Below, piece after piece: positions 41,064-49,653 of a stretch of 64,000 nt of DNA. This stretch comes from Patescibacteria group bacterium. Lineage in GTDB: Bacteria; Patescibacteriota; Patescibacteriia; UBA2591; UBA6264. Numbering within the stretch: position 1 is the first letter of the stretch; each line of letters begins with the position of its first letter. Position numbers and translations under genes: made by a program. Location: contig JAIPGN010000001.1 of assembly GCA_021735685.1 (NCBI GenBank), positions 111,669 to 175,668 on the forward strand. Direction: 5' to 3'. The notes below the pieces were generated by a model. That model was not told the origin of the DNA, searched no databases, and worked only from the letters and a program-made list of their open reading frames with translations.

Positions 41064-41098
41064 TGCAAATGGTTGATCTCTGGAGTTAATCAATAAAA
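41064..41098. repeat. Second copy of the 35-bp motif at 39089-39122
   Basis: 28/35 columns identical; all substitutions are transitions. Confidence 0.6.
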
Positions 41099-41148
41099 AT
41101 TCAATTATCAAAGAGTTAAGCATAAATTATTTTGTTAATTAATCATTT

Positions 41149-41535
41149 ATGAGAGTTGCAATCAGCGCTGTAATTATTGAGGATAAAAAACTTTTATTAG
41201 TAAAAAAAAGGAAAACATGGATATTACCTGGGGGAAAACCAGAAGAGAATGAAACCGATTTAGAATGCCTCCGAAGAGAAGTTGAAGAAGAGTTATCTGG
41301 AACAAAATTGAGCAATATTAAATATTACAATAGTTTTGAGGGCAGAACTCCTCATAAAGGAGATATTCTTCGAGCCAAGGTATACTTTGCAAATATTGAT
41401 GGACAACTACATCTTCCGTCTAAAGAGATTACAGATTCTCAGTGGGTAGATGATTTTTTAAAATATAATTTGTCGGACATTACTATGAAAATTGTAAATT
41501 TTTTAAAAAAAGATAAATATTTAAATAAAGCATAG
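41149..41535 (+). CDS. NUDIX hydrolase
   Basis: Nudix box PGGKPEENETDLECLRREVEEEL. Confidence 0.92.
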   Translation: MRVAISAVIIEDKKLLLVKKRKTWILPGGKPEENETDLECLRREVEEELSGTKLSNIKYYNSFEGRTPHKGDILRAKVYFANIDGQLHLPSKEITDSQWVDDFLKYNLSDITMKIVNFLKKDKYLNKA

Positions 41536-41594
41536 GTCGAATTGACGGGAAACATGGAAAGATAAATAAAAATTTTAATAAAAATTATAACCCA

Positions 41595-42830
41595 ATGACC
41601 CAACAGCAAGCACTTAAAATCTTGAAATCTGGAGTAAATGTTTTTTTAACAGGTTCGGCGGGAACAGGAAAAACCTTTTTGTTAAATCAATTCATTTCAT
41701 ATCTAAGGAAATCTAATAAGAAAATTGGTATAACGGCCTCTACAGGAATTGCTGCTACTCATCTTGAGGGCCGAACAATTCATTCTTGGTCGGGGATTGG
41801 CATAAAAAAAGAAATGGATGAAAAATCTTTAAAGCACATCGCCAAAAATAAGAGAATCAACAAAAGAATTAAAGAGACACAGACTTTGATTATTGATGAA
41901 ATATCAATGCTAGATGCTAATCGATTGACCTTAGTTGATCGAGTTTGCAAAAAAATTAAAGACCCCTTCCTTCCTTTCGGGGGTCTGCAAATAATAATGT
42001 GCGGTGATTTTTTTCAGCTTCCTCCAGTAAGCCAGGGAGAAAAGTCGCAATTTGCTTATGAGTCACCAGTTTGGCAAAATTCAAATATTAGGGTTTGCTA
42101 TCTTAGTAAGCAGTTTCGCCAAAATGATTCCGCATTTACTGACATTTTGAATAAAATTAGAGAAAATAAGGCTGGTTTAGAAGAGTTAAATTTATTAAAG
42201 ACACGGTTAAACCAATCTATAAATCTTTCTGTAAGACCCACTCAGCTATACACGCACAATGTTAAAGTTGACATAATCAACGATTTGGAATTATCCAGAA
42301 TTCCCAAAAAAGAAATGACTTATTATATGATCGGTCAAGGAGAAAAGCGCTTAGTTGATCTTTTGAAAAAGAATTGTTTAGCTCCCGAAGAATTGAAATT
42401 GAAAATTGGAGCGATGGTAATGTTTGTTAAGAATAATTTTGAGGCCGGTTATGTTAATGGCACCCTTGGTAAGGTGGTTGATTATGATGATGATAAATGT
42501 CCGATTATTGAGACAACTTCTGGTCAACACATTATAGCTTCTCCTGTTACTTGGAATATGGAAGAAAATAATGAGGTTGTTGCGAGCGTTAAGCAGGTTC
42601 CTCTACGTTTAGCTTGGGCTATTACTGTTCACAAGAGTCAAGGTATGAGCCTAGATGCTGCGGAAATTGATTTGTCAAAATCATTTGAACACGGCATGGG
42701 CTATGTGGCCTTGTCTAGAATAAGAAGATTAGATAATGTTAGATTGATGGGTATTAATCAAATAGCTTTACGAGTTAGCCCAGAAGTTGTAGAGAAAGAT
42801 AAAGAATTCAAAAAATTATCAGAAATATAA
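41595..42830 (+). CDS. PIF1-family (SF1B) DNA helicase
   Basis: TGSAGTGKT, TASTGIAA, TIHSW, IIDEISM, GDFFQLPPV, QVPLRLAWAITVHKSQG, YVALSR. Confidence 0.93.
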   Translation: MTQQQALKILKSGVNVFLTGSAGTGKTFLLNQFISYLRKSNKKIGITASTGIAATHLEGRTIHSWSGIGIKKEMDEKSLKHIAKNKRINKRIKETQTLIIDEISMLDANRLTLVDRVCKKIKDPFLPFGGLQIIMCGDFFQLPPVSQGEKSQFAYESPVWQNSNIRVCYLSKQFRQNDSAFTDILNKIRENKAGLEELNLLKTRLNQSINLSVRPTQLYTHNVKVDIINDLELSRIPKKEMTYYMIGQGEKRLVDLLKKNCLAPEELKLKIGAMVMFVKNNFEAGYVNGTLGKVVDYDDDKCPIIETTSGQHIIASPVTWNMEENNEVVASVKQVPLRLAWAITVHKSQGMSLDAAEIDLSKSFEHGMGYVALSRIRRLDNVRLMGINQIALRVSPEVVEKDKEFKKLSEI

Positions 42831-42879
42831 ATTATGAATTTTTTTAAGGGTCAGATTTTTAAGTATAAAAATAAAAAAT

Positions 42880-44076
42880 ATGAAAAAAATATATTTAGAT
42901 TATAGTGCGACCACTCCTGTGGATCGAAGGGTGATGAAATCGATGCAACCTTATTTTTCTAAAACATTTGCCAATGCTTCTAGTTTGCATAGTGCCGGAA
43001 AATTAGCTCAACAAGCTCTTGTTGACTCTCGTCAAAAAATAGCTAATTTACTGGGAGTTTCTCCAGAAGAAATTATTTTTACAGCTAGTGGGAGCGAAGC
43101 TAATAATTTAGCTTTCAAAGGTATTTTTAATGCTATAGACCTACCAAAGAAACATATTATCACTTCTTCAATTGAGCATTCTGCTGTTTTGAATCCAGCT
43201 CGTTTTTTAGAAGGGCAAGGGGCTCAAGTAACTTATTTGGGTGTTAGTCAAGAAGGAATCATAGATTTAGGAAAATTAAAAAATTCTCTTAAGCCCCAAA
43301 CTGTTTTAATTTCCATTATGCACGCTAATAATGAAATGGGGGCAATTCAGCCTCTTGCTGAGATTGGCGAAATCATTAAACAGGAAAAAGAAAAAAGAAA
43401 AAAAGAGAAAAATAATTATCCTCTTTATTTTCACACAGACGCTGTACAAACTTTGGGGCATCTTCCTTTTCTGGCTCAGAAGTGGGGCGTTGATTTATTC
43501 TCGGGGTCAGCTCATAAATTATATGGACCCAAGGGAGTTGGATTGCTTTATTTAAAAAAAGGCATTAAAATTATTCCTCTTTTTCATGGCGGAGCTCATG
43601 AAAATGGAAAGCGAGCTTCAACCGAAAATATTCCGGGAATCGTTGGTTTTGCTCGCGCTCTAGAGTTGGCTTATCAAGAAATGGATTCAGAGGTAAAGCG
43701 TTTAAAAAAGTTGAGAGATTATTTAATTGAAAGTGTTTTGAAAAAAATAGAAAACTCTTGTCTTAATGGGCCGCAAGCTCAAAGATTGCCCAATAATGCT
43801 AATTTAAGTTTTGCTGGAGTAGAGGGAGAGGCTTTGTTAATGTATTTAGATCGTCAACAAATTTATTGCTCTACGGGTTCAGCTTGTTCGTCGGCAAGTT
43901 TAGCACCATCACATGTTTTAACTGCCCTAAACCTTCCTCCAGAGATATCTCATTCTTCTTTGCGTTTTTCTTTGGGGCGCTGGACTAATAAAAAAGAAAT
44001 AGATTATCTTTTAGAAAAATTAATTTTAGCCGTTAAGAACTTGAGAGAAATTTCTGCTTTAAAGATCAATTACTAA
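42880..44076 (+). CDS. iscS: Cysteine desulfurase IscS/NifS
   Basis: YLDYSATTP, HTDAVQ, SAHKLYGPKG, STGSACSS. Confidence 0.95.
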   Translation: MKKIYLDYSATTPVDRRVMKSMQPYFSKTFANASSLHSAGKLAQQALVDSRQKIANLLGVSPEEIIFTASGSEANNLAFKGIFNAIDLPKKHIITSSIEHSAVLNPARFLEGQGAQVTYLGVSQEGIIDLGKLKNSLKPQTVLISIMHANNEMGAIQPLAEIGEIIKQEKEKRKKEKNNYPLYFHTDAVQTLGHLPFLAQKWGVDLFSGSAHKLYGPKGVGLLYLKKGIKIIPLFHGGAHENGKRASTENIPGIVGFARALELAYQEMDSEVKRLKKLRDYLIESVLKKIENSCLNGPQAQRLPNNANLSFAGVEGEALLMYLDRQQIYCSTGSACSSASLAPSHVLTALNLPPEISHSSLRFSLGRWTNKKEIDYLLEKLILAVKNLREISALKINY

Positions 44077-44092
44077 TATTTAATGAGTATTT

Positions 44093-44479
44093 ATGTCTAA
44101 TCATTTTCAAGACAATGATAAAATAATGGATCATTTTTTTAATCCTCGTAACTTGGGGACCATGAAAAATCCTGATGCTTTTGGGCAAGTGGGAAATCCC
44201 CGCTGTGGAGACATTATGCATATTTATTTAAAAATTGATAATGATATTATTAAAGATATTAAGTTTCAAACTTATGGTTGTGCGGTGGCTATTGCCTCTA
44301 CATCTATTTTGACTGAGATGGTTAAGGGAAAGACTTTGTCTGAAACTCAAAAAATATCAAGTCAAAGAATCAGAGAAGCTTTGGGAAAGATGCCAGCCTA
44401 TAAGCAACATTGCACGGTCTTAGCTGAACAAGCTTTAAAAAAGGCAATTGAGGATTATCAAAAAGAAAAAAATGCTTAA
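44093..44479 (+). CDS. iscU: Fe-S scaffold IscU/NifU-like protein
   Basis: HFFNPRN.G, GNPRCGD, FQTYGC, K.HC. Confidence 0.93.
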   Translation: MSNHFQDNDKIMDHFFNPRNLGTMKNPDAFGQVGNPRCGDIMHIYLKIDNDIIKDIKFQTYGCAVAIASTSILTEMVKGKTLSETQKISSQRIREALGKMPAYKQHCTVLAEQALKKAIEDYQKEKNA

Positions 44480-45554
44480 GGCTCAAAATCAAAAAAAGAT
44501 AGCAGTGGCCATGTCTGGCGGAGTTGATTCATCAGTGGCTGCTTTTTTATTAAAAGAAAAAAATGGAATTAAAAATGTTTTTGGTATGACCATGCGGGCC
44601 GGACGCTTTCATCAGTTAGCGGTAGAGAGGGCTAAAATTATTTGTCAGAGATTAAAAATTACTCATTATGTGGTTAATTTAGAAAAAGAATTTCAACAAG
44701 AAATTATTAAACCTTTTGTTGATGAATATTGCCAATCACACACCCCTAATCCTTGTGTTTGGTGTAACCAGAAAATAAAATTTGGAGTTTTGTTGGAAGC
44801 TGCTCAAGAATTGGGAGCTAATTATTTAGCTACTGGACACTATGTTCGTCAAGAAAGTAAAGAGGGTAATTATATTTTAAGAAAAGCCCTCTCTTCCAAA
44901 AAAGATCAATCTTATTTTCTTTATCGTTTGAATCAAAAGCAGTTAAGTTCAGCAATTTTTCCTTTAGGAATTTACTCTAAGGAGGAGGTTAAGGAAACGG
45001 CCCAAAATAATAGTTTATCTTTTGAAAAACAAAAAGAATCTCAAGACATTTGTTTTTTGCCGGATAATGATTATCGAAAACTTTTGCAAAGAGACTCTTC
45101 TGTTTTTGTGCCTGCGGGGAGTTTTAAAGATTTAGAGGGTAATGTTTTAGGGCGACATCAAGGTTTACCTTTTTATACTATTGGTCAGAGAAAAGGTTTG
45201 ATTTCTGGACAAAAGGAACCTTTTTATGTTTTAGAGATTAATCAAGAAAAAAACGAGATTATCCTCGGTCCGGAAAAATATTTATATCAAAAAAAATTAA
45301 AATTTGAAAATTGTTCTTGGGTTAACCCTTCTTTTGTTTTAAAAAACAAAGAAGAGTCTTTTTTTCTTGATCAAATCAGGGGTAAAATTAGATACCAACA
45401 TCCAGTTGCTCAAATTGAAAATTTTAATCTTAGTAACAATCTCAAACAAGGAGAAGTTAGATTCAAAAGTCCGCAGCGAGCCATTACTCCTGGTCAATCT
45501 GTGGTTTTTTATCTTCAGGATCAAGTTTTAGGAGGAGGTTTTATCAGCAAATAA
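44472..45554 (+). CDS. mnmA: tRNA 2-thiouridine synthase MnmA
   Basis: SGGVDSS, TPNPCVWCN, ATGHY, KDQSYFL, SQDICF, YTIGQR, TPGQ. Confidence 0.96.
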   Translation: MLKAQNQKKIAVAMSGGVDSSVAAFLLKEKNGIKNVFGMTMRAGRFHQLAVERAKIICQRLKITHYVVNLEKEFQQEIIKPFVDEYCQSHTPNPCVWCNQKIKFGVLLEAAQELGANYLATGHYVRQESKEGNYILRKALSSKKDQSYFLYRLNQKQLSSAIFPLGIYSKEEVKETAQNNSLSFEKQKESQDICFLPDNDYRKLLQRDSSVFVPAGSFKDLEGNVLGRHQGLPFYTIGQRKGLISGQKEPFYVLEINQEKNEIILGPEKYLYQKKLKFENCSWVNPSFVLKNKEESFFLDQIRGKIRYQHPVAQIENFNLSNNLKQGEVRFKSPQRAITPGQSVVFYLQDQVLGGGFISK

Positions 45555-45632
45555 TTTATTAAAGATAAATTTAATTTATTTTTTTAATAAAAAAGCACAG
45601 AGACTAATTCCCTGTGGTTTTTTAAGTAAAGA

Positions 45633-45717
45633 TGGTGCCGAAGGTGGGACTTGAACCCACAAGCCTTACGGCACATGGTCCTAAACCATGCGTGTTTACC
45701 AATTTCACCACTTCGGC
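45633..45717 (-). tRNA. tRNA-Leu(TAG), CCA encoded
   Basis: Cloverleaf on the minus strand; anticodon arm CATGG-TTTAGGA-CCATG; long variable arm; GGTTCAAGTCC. Confidence 0.95.
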
Positions 45718-45729
45718 CCTAAATAAATA

Positions 45730-45782
45730 ATGTGGAGTTTTAACCTCCACATAGTATTGACTTGGGAGTTGAGCTCCTAAGT
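45730..45782. repeat. Hairpin doublet related to 38999-39045
   Basis: ATGTGGAGTTTTAACCTCCACAT and ACTTGGGAGTTGAGCTCCTAAGT. Confidence 0.6.
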
Positions 45783-45791
45783 AATTAAAGA

Positions 45792-45878
45792 TGGTGCCGG
45801 AGGCGGGACTTGAACCCGCACGGACTTGCGTCCACAAGATTTTAAGTCTTGCGTGTCTACCAATTTCACCACCCCGGC
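45792..45878 (-). tRNA. tRNA-Leu(TAA), CCA encoded
   Basis: Anticodon arm CAAGA-CTTAAAA-TCTTG; long variable arm; GGTTCAAGTCC. Confidence 0.95.
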
Positions 45879-45895
45879 TACTTTTTACAACTTTA

Positions 45896-45955
45896 ATTTT
45901 AATCAGATAATCTAAAAATGTCAACATTGTCAGAAATGTTTTTTTTTGCTAAGAT
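45896..45955. promoter_or_regulatory. Back-to-back divergent tRNA promoters
   Basis: Minus: TTGACA-N17-TAAAAT (45924 to 45896); plus: TTGTCA-N17-TAAGAT (45927-45955). Confidence 0.65.
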
Positions 45956-45973
45956 AATATTATTAGAGTCTTT

Positions 45974-46046
45974 GCCGGGGTAGCTCAGGGGCCAGAGCAA
46001 TAGTTTTGTAAACTATCGGTCGTGGGTTCGAATCCCACCCCCGGCT
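45974..46046 (+). tRNA. tRNA-Thr(TGT), CCA not encoded
   Basis: GCCGGGG acceptor; anticodon arm ATAGT-TTTGTAA-ACTAT; GGTTCGAATCC. Confidence 0.93.
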
Positions 46047-46073
46047 CTCTACTAAAAAATAAAAAATAAATTT

Positions 46074-46229
46074 ATGTCTCAAGCAAATTTGATCAAATTA
46101 GAATGCAGTGAATGTCATCGCATCAATTATTATTCTCAAAAAAATAAGAAGACTAATAAAGATAGATTAGAGCTTAAAAAGTATTGTCGTTGGTGCAAAA
46201 AACACACCTTGCATAAAGAAACTAAATAA
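46074..46229 (+). CDS. rpmG: 50S ribosomal protein L33, Zn-binding form (not in ORF track)
   Basis: [51 protein letters not shown]. Confidence 0.95.
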   Translation: MSQANLIKLECSECHRINYYSQKNKKTNKDRLELKKYCRWCKKHTLHKETK

Positions 46230-46241
46230 AAACAAAAAAAA

Positions 46242-46312
46242 GGGGGCGTGGTGAAGTGGTATCATAAGAGTCTCCAAAACTTTTGTCAGAGGTTCGATTC
46301 CTCTCGCCCCTG
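46242..46312 (+). tRNA. tRNA-Trp(CCA)
   Basis: Anticodon arm AGAGT-CTCCAAA-ACTTT; GGTTCGATTCC; usual position after rpmG. Confidence 0.9.
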
Positions 46313-46333
46313 CCTCGTTAAATCTTGATAATT

Positions 46334-47437
46334 ATGGCTGATTATTACGAAACTTTAGGAGTTGAAAAAAATGCTTCTGCTGCGGAAATCAAGAAAGCTT
46401 TTCGTCGACTTGCTCAAAAATATCATCCTGATAAAGCCAAGGGAGATGCTCAGAAATTTAAAGAAGTAAATTCTGCTTATCGCACTCTTTCGGATCCAGA
46501 AAAACGCCGCATGTATGACCAATATGGTCCTAAATTTGAACAAGCTCAAAATAAAGGAGGCTTTTCTGGTTTTGATTTTAATGATTTTGCTTCTTATGCT
46601 AACGCTCAGAGAGAGTCTGGTTCACAAAAAGGTTTTGATTTCGGGGGAACTGGGTTTGAAGACATATTTGAAAATTTATTTGGCGGATCGGTTAATTTTA
46701 ATCAAGGGCGCGGAAGATCTTCTTTTGCGGGAAGGGATTTACAGATTCGGCTTTTGATTGAATTCAAAGAAGCTATTTTTGGAGCTGAAAAAGAATTGCG
46801 TTTTGAGCGTTATGTGCGTTGTCCCAAGTGTCAAGGACAAGGAGCAGAACCAGGTAGTAAAATGAAGACTTGCCCAACTTGTCATGGACAAGGTCAAATA
46901 ACTCAGAGCCAGTCTACCTTTTTAGGTAATTTTAGAACTAGAAAAATTTGCCCAGAGTGTCGAGGTCAAGGAAAGATTTCTGAAAAAAAATGTCGTTATT
47001 GCCATGGGCAAGGTCGGGTTAAGGAGTTCTCTAAAGTAAAAATTAAAATTCCGGCTGGAGTTCATGATCAGCAAGTTATTCGTTTTCACGGTCAAGGAGA
47101 AGCAGGTCAATGGGGATCGGAGGCTGGAGATTTATATGTTATTGTTGCTATTAAATCGGATTCTTTCTTTAGTCGTCAAGGAAACAATATTCTTTCTCAA
47201 GAAGAAATATCTATTTCTCAAGCAGTTTTGGGAGACAAAATCAAAGTTCGCACTTTATACGGAAACGTTAAATTAAAAATTCCACCCGGAACATCTTCGG
47301 GCCAAGAGTTTCGTTTGCGTGGCAAGGGAGTAGCTAAGCAAGGAGACCAAATTGTTAAAATAAAGATCAAAATTCCTCAGCGCTTAACGTCTAGTCAGAA
47401 AAAAATATTGGACAAATTGCGTGAAGAGGGGTTATAA
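46334..47437 (+). CDS. dnaJ: Chaperone DnaJ
   Basis: J domain with HPD, G/F region, four CxxCxGxG repeats. Confidence 0.97.
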   Translation: MADYYETLGVEKNASAAEIKKAFRRLAQKYHPDKAKGDAQKFKEVNSAYRTLSDPEKRRMYDQYGPKFEQAQNKGGFSGFDFNDFASYANAQRESGSQKGFDFGGTGFEDIFENLFGGSVNFNQGRGRSSFAGRDLQIRLLIEFKEAIFGAEKELRFERYVRCPKCQGQGAEPGSKMKTCPTCHGQGQITQSQSTFLGNFRTRKICPECRGQGKISEKKCRYCHGQGRVKEFSKVKIKIPAGVHDQQVIRFHGQGEAGQWGSEAGDLYVIVAIKSDSFFSRQGNNILSQEEISISQAVLGDKIKVRTLYGNVKLKIPPGTSSGQEFRLRGKGVAKQGDQIVKIKIKIPQRLTSSQKKILDKLREEGL

Positions 47438-47446
47438 TTCTTATAT

Positions 47447-48832
47447 ATGAATCTTGATTTTTTAACTAATCAGTATCTTCTTTTATTTTATCTGGAACAA
47501 GGTATTTATTATTTTGTTCGTTTTTTTTTCGGTTATGGAATTTGGATTCTTTTGACCCTTTTTATTTTAAGGATTTTTTGGAAACGTTGGACCAAAAAAA
47601 ACAAAAAAAAATATTTAGCTCAACAAAAATATGTACTTTTGGGTATCATCATGCCAAAGTATAATGAACAGGGACCAGAAACTCTAGAAAGATTTTTTGC
47701 TCACTTGTCAGGCATTAGAGAAAAATTCAGTTGGTGGGCGAAGAAAATTGAAGGAAAAACCCAGCTTAAGATATCTTTAGAAATAGTTAGTTTTGGTGGT
47801 AAGGTGCAATTTTTTATTCACACCCCAGTACAGTTTCAAGATTTAGTAGAATCTGCTATTTATACTTGTTATCCTTTTTTAGAAATTTTTGAGGCGCAGG
47901 AAGATTATGCCGTTAAGACGCAAGAGAAGTTTAATGAAGGAGAGGTAGATATCTGGGGAGCAGATTTGCATTTAGCAGAAAAAAATCCTATCCCTATTAG
48001 CACCTATCTTCAATTTGAACATAAATTAAGCAAAGAGTTAAAAGATCCTTTAACTGATTTATTAGAAATTTTGGGGAGAATGAGGGAAGGAGAAGAAGCT
48101 TGGGTTCAGTATGTAATTAGTCCCATTGATTCAGGTCTAAAAAAAGAGGGAGAGGGCATGATCGCCGATCTTTTGGCTGGCAAAAAGAGCAATAGTGGCA
48201 AAAATAATATTATTGACAAAATTGTTGCTGGATTAATGAAATTGTCCCAAGATGCGGTTGAGTTTATTAAGAATGTTTTTGACTTGCATCCCACCACTGA
48301 CGAATTTGAAGACAAGAAGAAGGGGGATTCGAAAACTTCTTCTGTTGACAAGCGTTTAATTGAAGCTATTCAAAACAAAATAGCAAAAATAGCTTTTCGG
48401 GCTGTAGTCCGCATAGTTTATGTAGCAGAAAGAGAAATTTTCGTCAAAAATAAAGGGTCAGTAAGTTTATTTAGTTCTTTTAATTCTTTTCAATCCATGA
48501 ACCTTAATAGGTTTAAAAAATCTTCTTGGGCTAAGGTTTCCAAGGGTGATTGGAACAAAAACAAGGTTTTAAATTTAAAAAAAGCTAAACTTTTGAAGAC
48601 TTACCAAAAAAGAGACTTTTCCTGGCGGGTGAGAACAGGCTTACCTAAAATAATAGATGACGTTAAGAAGTTTTTGGCTATCTCTGGATCTTCTCCTGAA
48701 GAAAAAACTATTTTAAATATTGAAGAACTCGCAACCCTTTATCATTTTCCAACCGATATTACCAAGTCTTCTGCCATCAGAAAGAGTACTGGCAAAAAAG
48801 CTGAATCGCCAACCGATTTACCAGTAGGTTAA
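47447..48832 (+). CDS. Hypothetical membrane-anchored protein
   Basis: N-terminal TM; SLEIVS..G.V.F, WVQYVISP, ILNIEELATLYHFP motifs reminiscent of domains found with VirD4/TraD-like ATPases in CPR (recollection, unverified). Confidence 0.6.
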   Translation: MNLDFLTNQYLLLFYLEQGIYYFVRFFFGYGIWILLTLFILRIFWKRWTKKNKKKYLAQQKYVLLGIIMPKYNEQGPETLERFFAHLSGIREKFSWWAKKIEGKTQLKISLEIVSFGGKVQFFIHTPVQFQDLVESAIYTCYPFLEIFEAQEDYAVKTQEKFNEGEVDIWGADLHLAEKNPIPISTYLQFEHKLSKELKDPLTDLLEILGRMREGEEAWVQYVISPIDSGLKKEGEGMIADLLAGKKSNSGKNNIIDKIVAGLMKLSQDAVEFIKNVFDLHPTTDEFEDKKKGDSKTSSVDKRLIEAIQNKIAKIAFRAVVRIVYVAEREIFVKNKGSVSLFSSFNSFQSMNLNRFKKSSWAKVSKGDWNKNKVLNLKKAKLLKTYQKRDFSWRVRTGLPKIIDDVKKFLAISGSSPEEKTILNIEELATLYHFPTDITKSSAIRKSTGKKAESPTDLPVG

Positions 48833-48922
48833 GTAGAGTTAAAAAAATGTTAAAAAATTGACATTTTTCAAAAATTACCTCTAAAAACCTTTCCTTGATT
48901 GGTTTTTAGAGAAGCAGTTTTT

Positions 48923-48935
48923 GGGGTCTGGCCCC
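48923..48935. repeat. Variant of the transposase-end palindrome (GGGGTCTGGCCCC)
   Basis: 11/13 identical to GGGGACTGTCCCC; intergenic. Confidence 0.45.
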
Positions 48936-48973
48936 ATTTGAAAAATTAAAATTTGGTTTGTTTATTTGATTAT

Positions 48974-49645
48974 ATGAAGCTTTATATTGTGGCTACTCCT
49001 TTAGGTAATTTGCAAGATTTGAGTCCTCGTGCTTTGGGGGTTTTTCAAAAAGTTAAATTTTTACTTTGCGAAGATACGAGAAAAACTCGTAAATTATTTT
49101 CCGCTTATCAAATTTCTGCGCCTCGTTTAATTAGTTATCATCAACATTCTAATCCCCAAAAAGTAAAAGAAATTATCCAATTATTGAAAAAGGGAGAAGA
49201 TTTAGCTCTGGTTTCTGATGCTGGGACGCCAGGAATTTCTGACCCCGGTAATAAATTAATTAGCCTGGCTTTAAAAGAAATTAATAATTTAGAGGTGGTT
49301 CCCATTCCCGGACCTTGTGCTCTCATTGCTGCTTTGTCTGTAGCTGGTTTTCCGTCAGATCGTTTTCTTTTCTATGGTTTTCTGCCTCGAAAAAAGGGAA
49401 GAAAGAAAATTTTACAGGAAATTAAAGAAAGTTCTTGGACGATTGTTTTTTATGAATCTGGCTACAGGATCAAAAAAACTCTAGAGGAATTAGAAGAAAT
49501 AGAGATGGAGAAAGATCTTGTGGTGGCCCGAGAGTTAACTAAAAAATTTGAAAGTATTTATCGGGGGTCAATTAAGGAAGTTCAACCCCTTTTAAAAGGA
49601 AAAAATTTAAAGGGAGAATTTACGGTAGTCATTAATAATCAATAA
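48974..49645 (+). CDS. rsmI: 16S rRNA C1402 2'-O-methyltransferase
   Basis: LYIVATPLGNL.D, CEDTR, VSDAGTPGISDPG, VARELTK. Confidence 0.95.
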   Translation: MKLYIVATPLGNLQDLSPRALGVFQKVKFLLCEDTRKTRKLFSAYQISAPRLISYHQHSNPQKVKEIIQLLKKGEDLALVSDAGTPGISDPGNKLISLALKEINNLEVVPIPGPCALIAALSVAGFPSDRFLFYGFLPRKKGRKKILQEIKESSWTIVFYESGYRIKKTLEELEEIEMEKDLVVARELTKKFESIYRGSIKEVQPLLKGKNLKGEFTVVINNQ

Positions 49646-49653
49646 TTTTTCTT

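Noticed and set aside
39089-41098. Classical integron attC sites
   Set aside because: The repeats lack the RYYYAAC...GTTRRRY layout and length, and no integrase is in the window
45622-45927. 101-aa minus-strand ORF
   Set aside because: It runs through two tRNA-Leu genes
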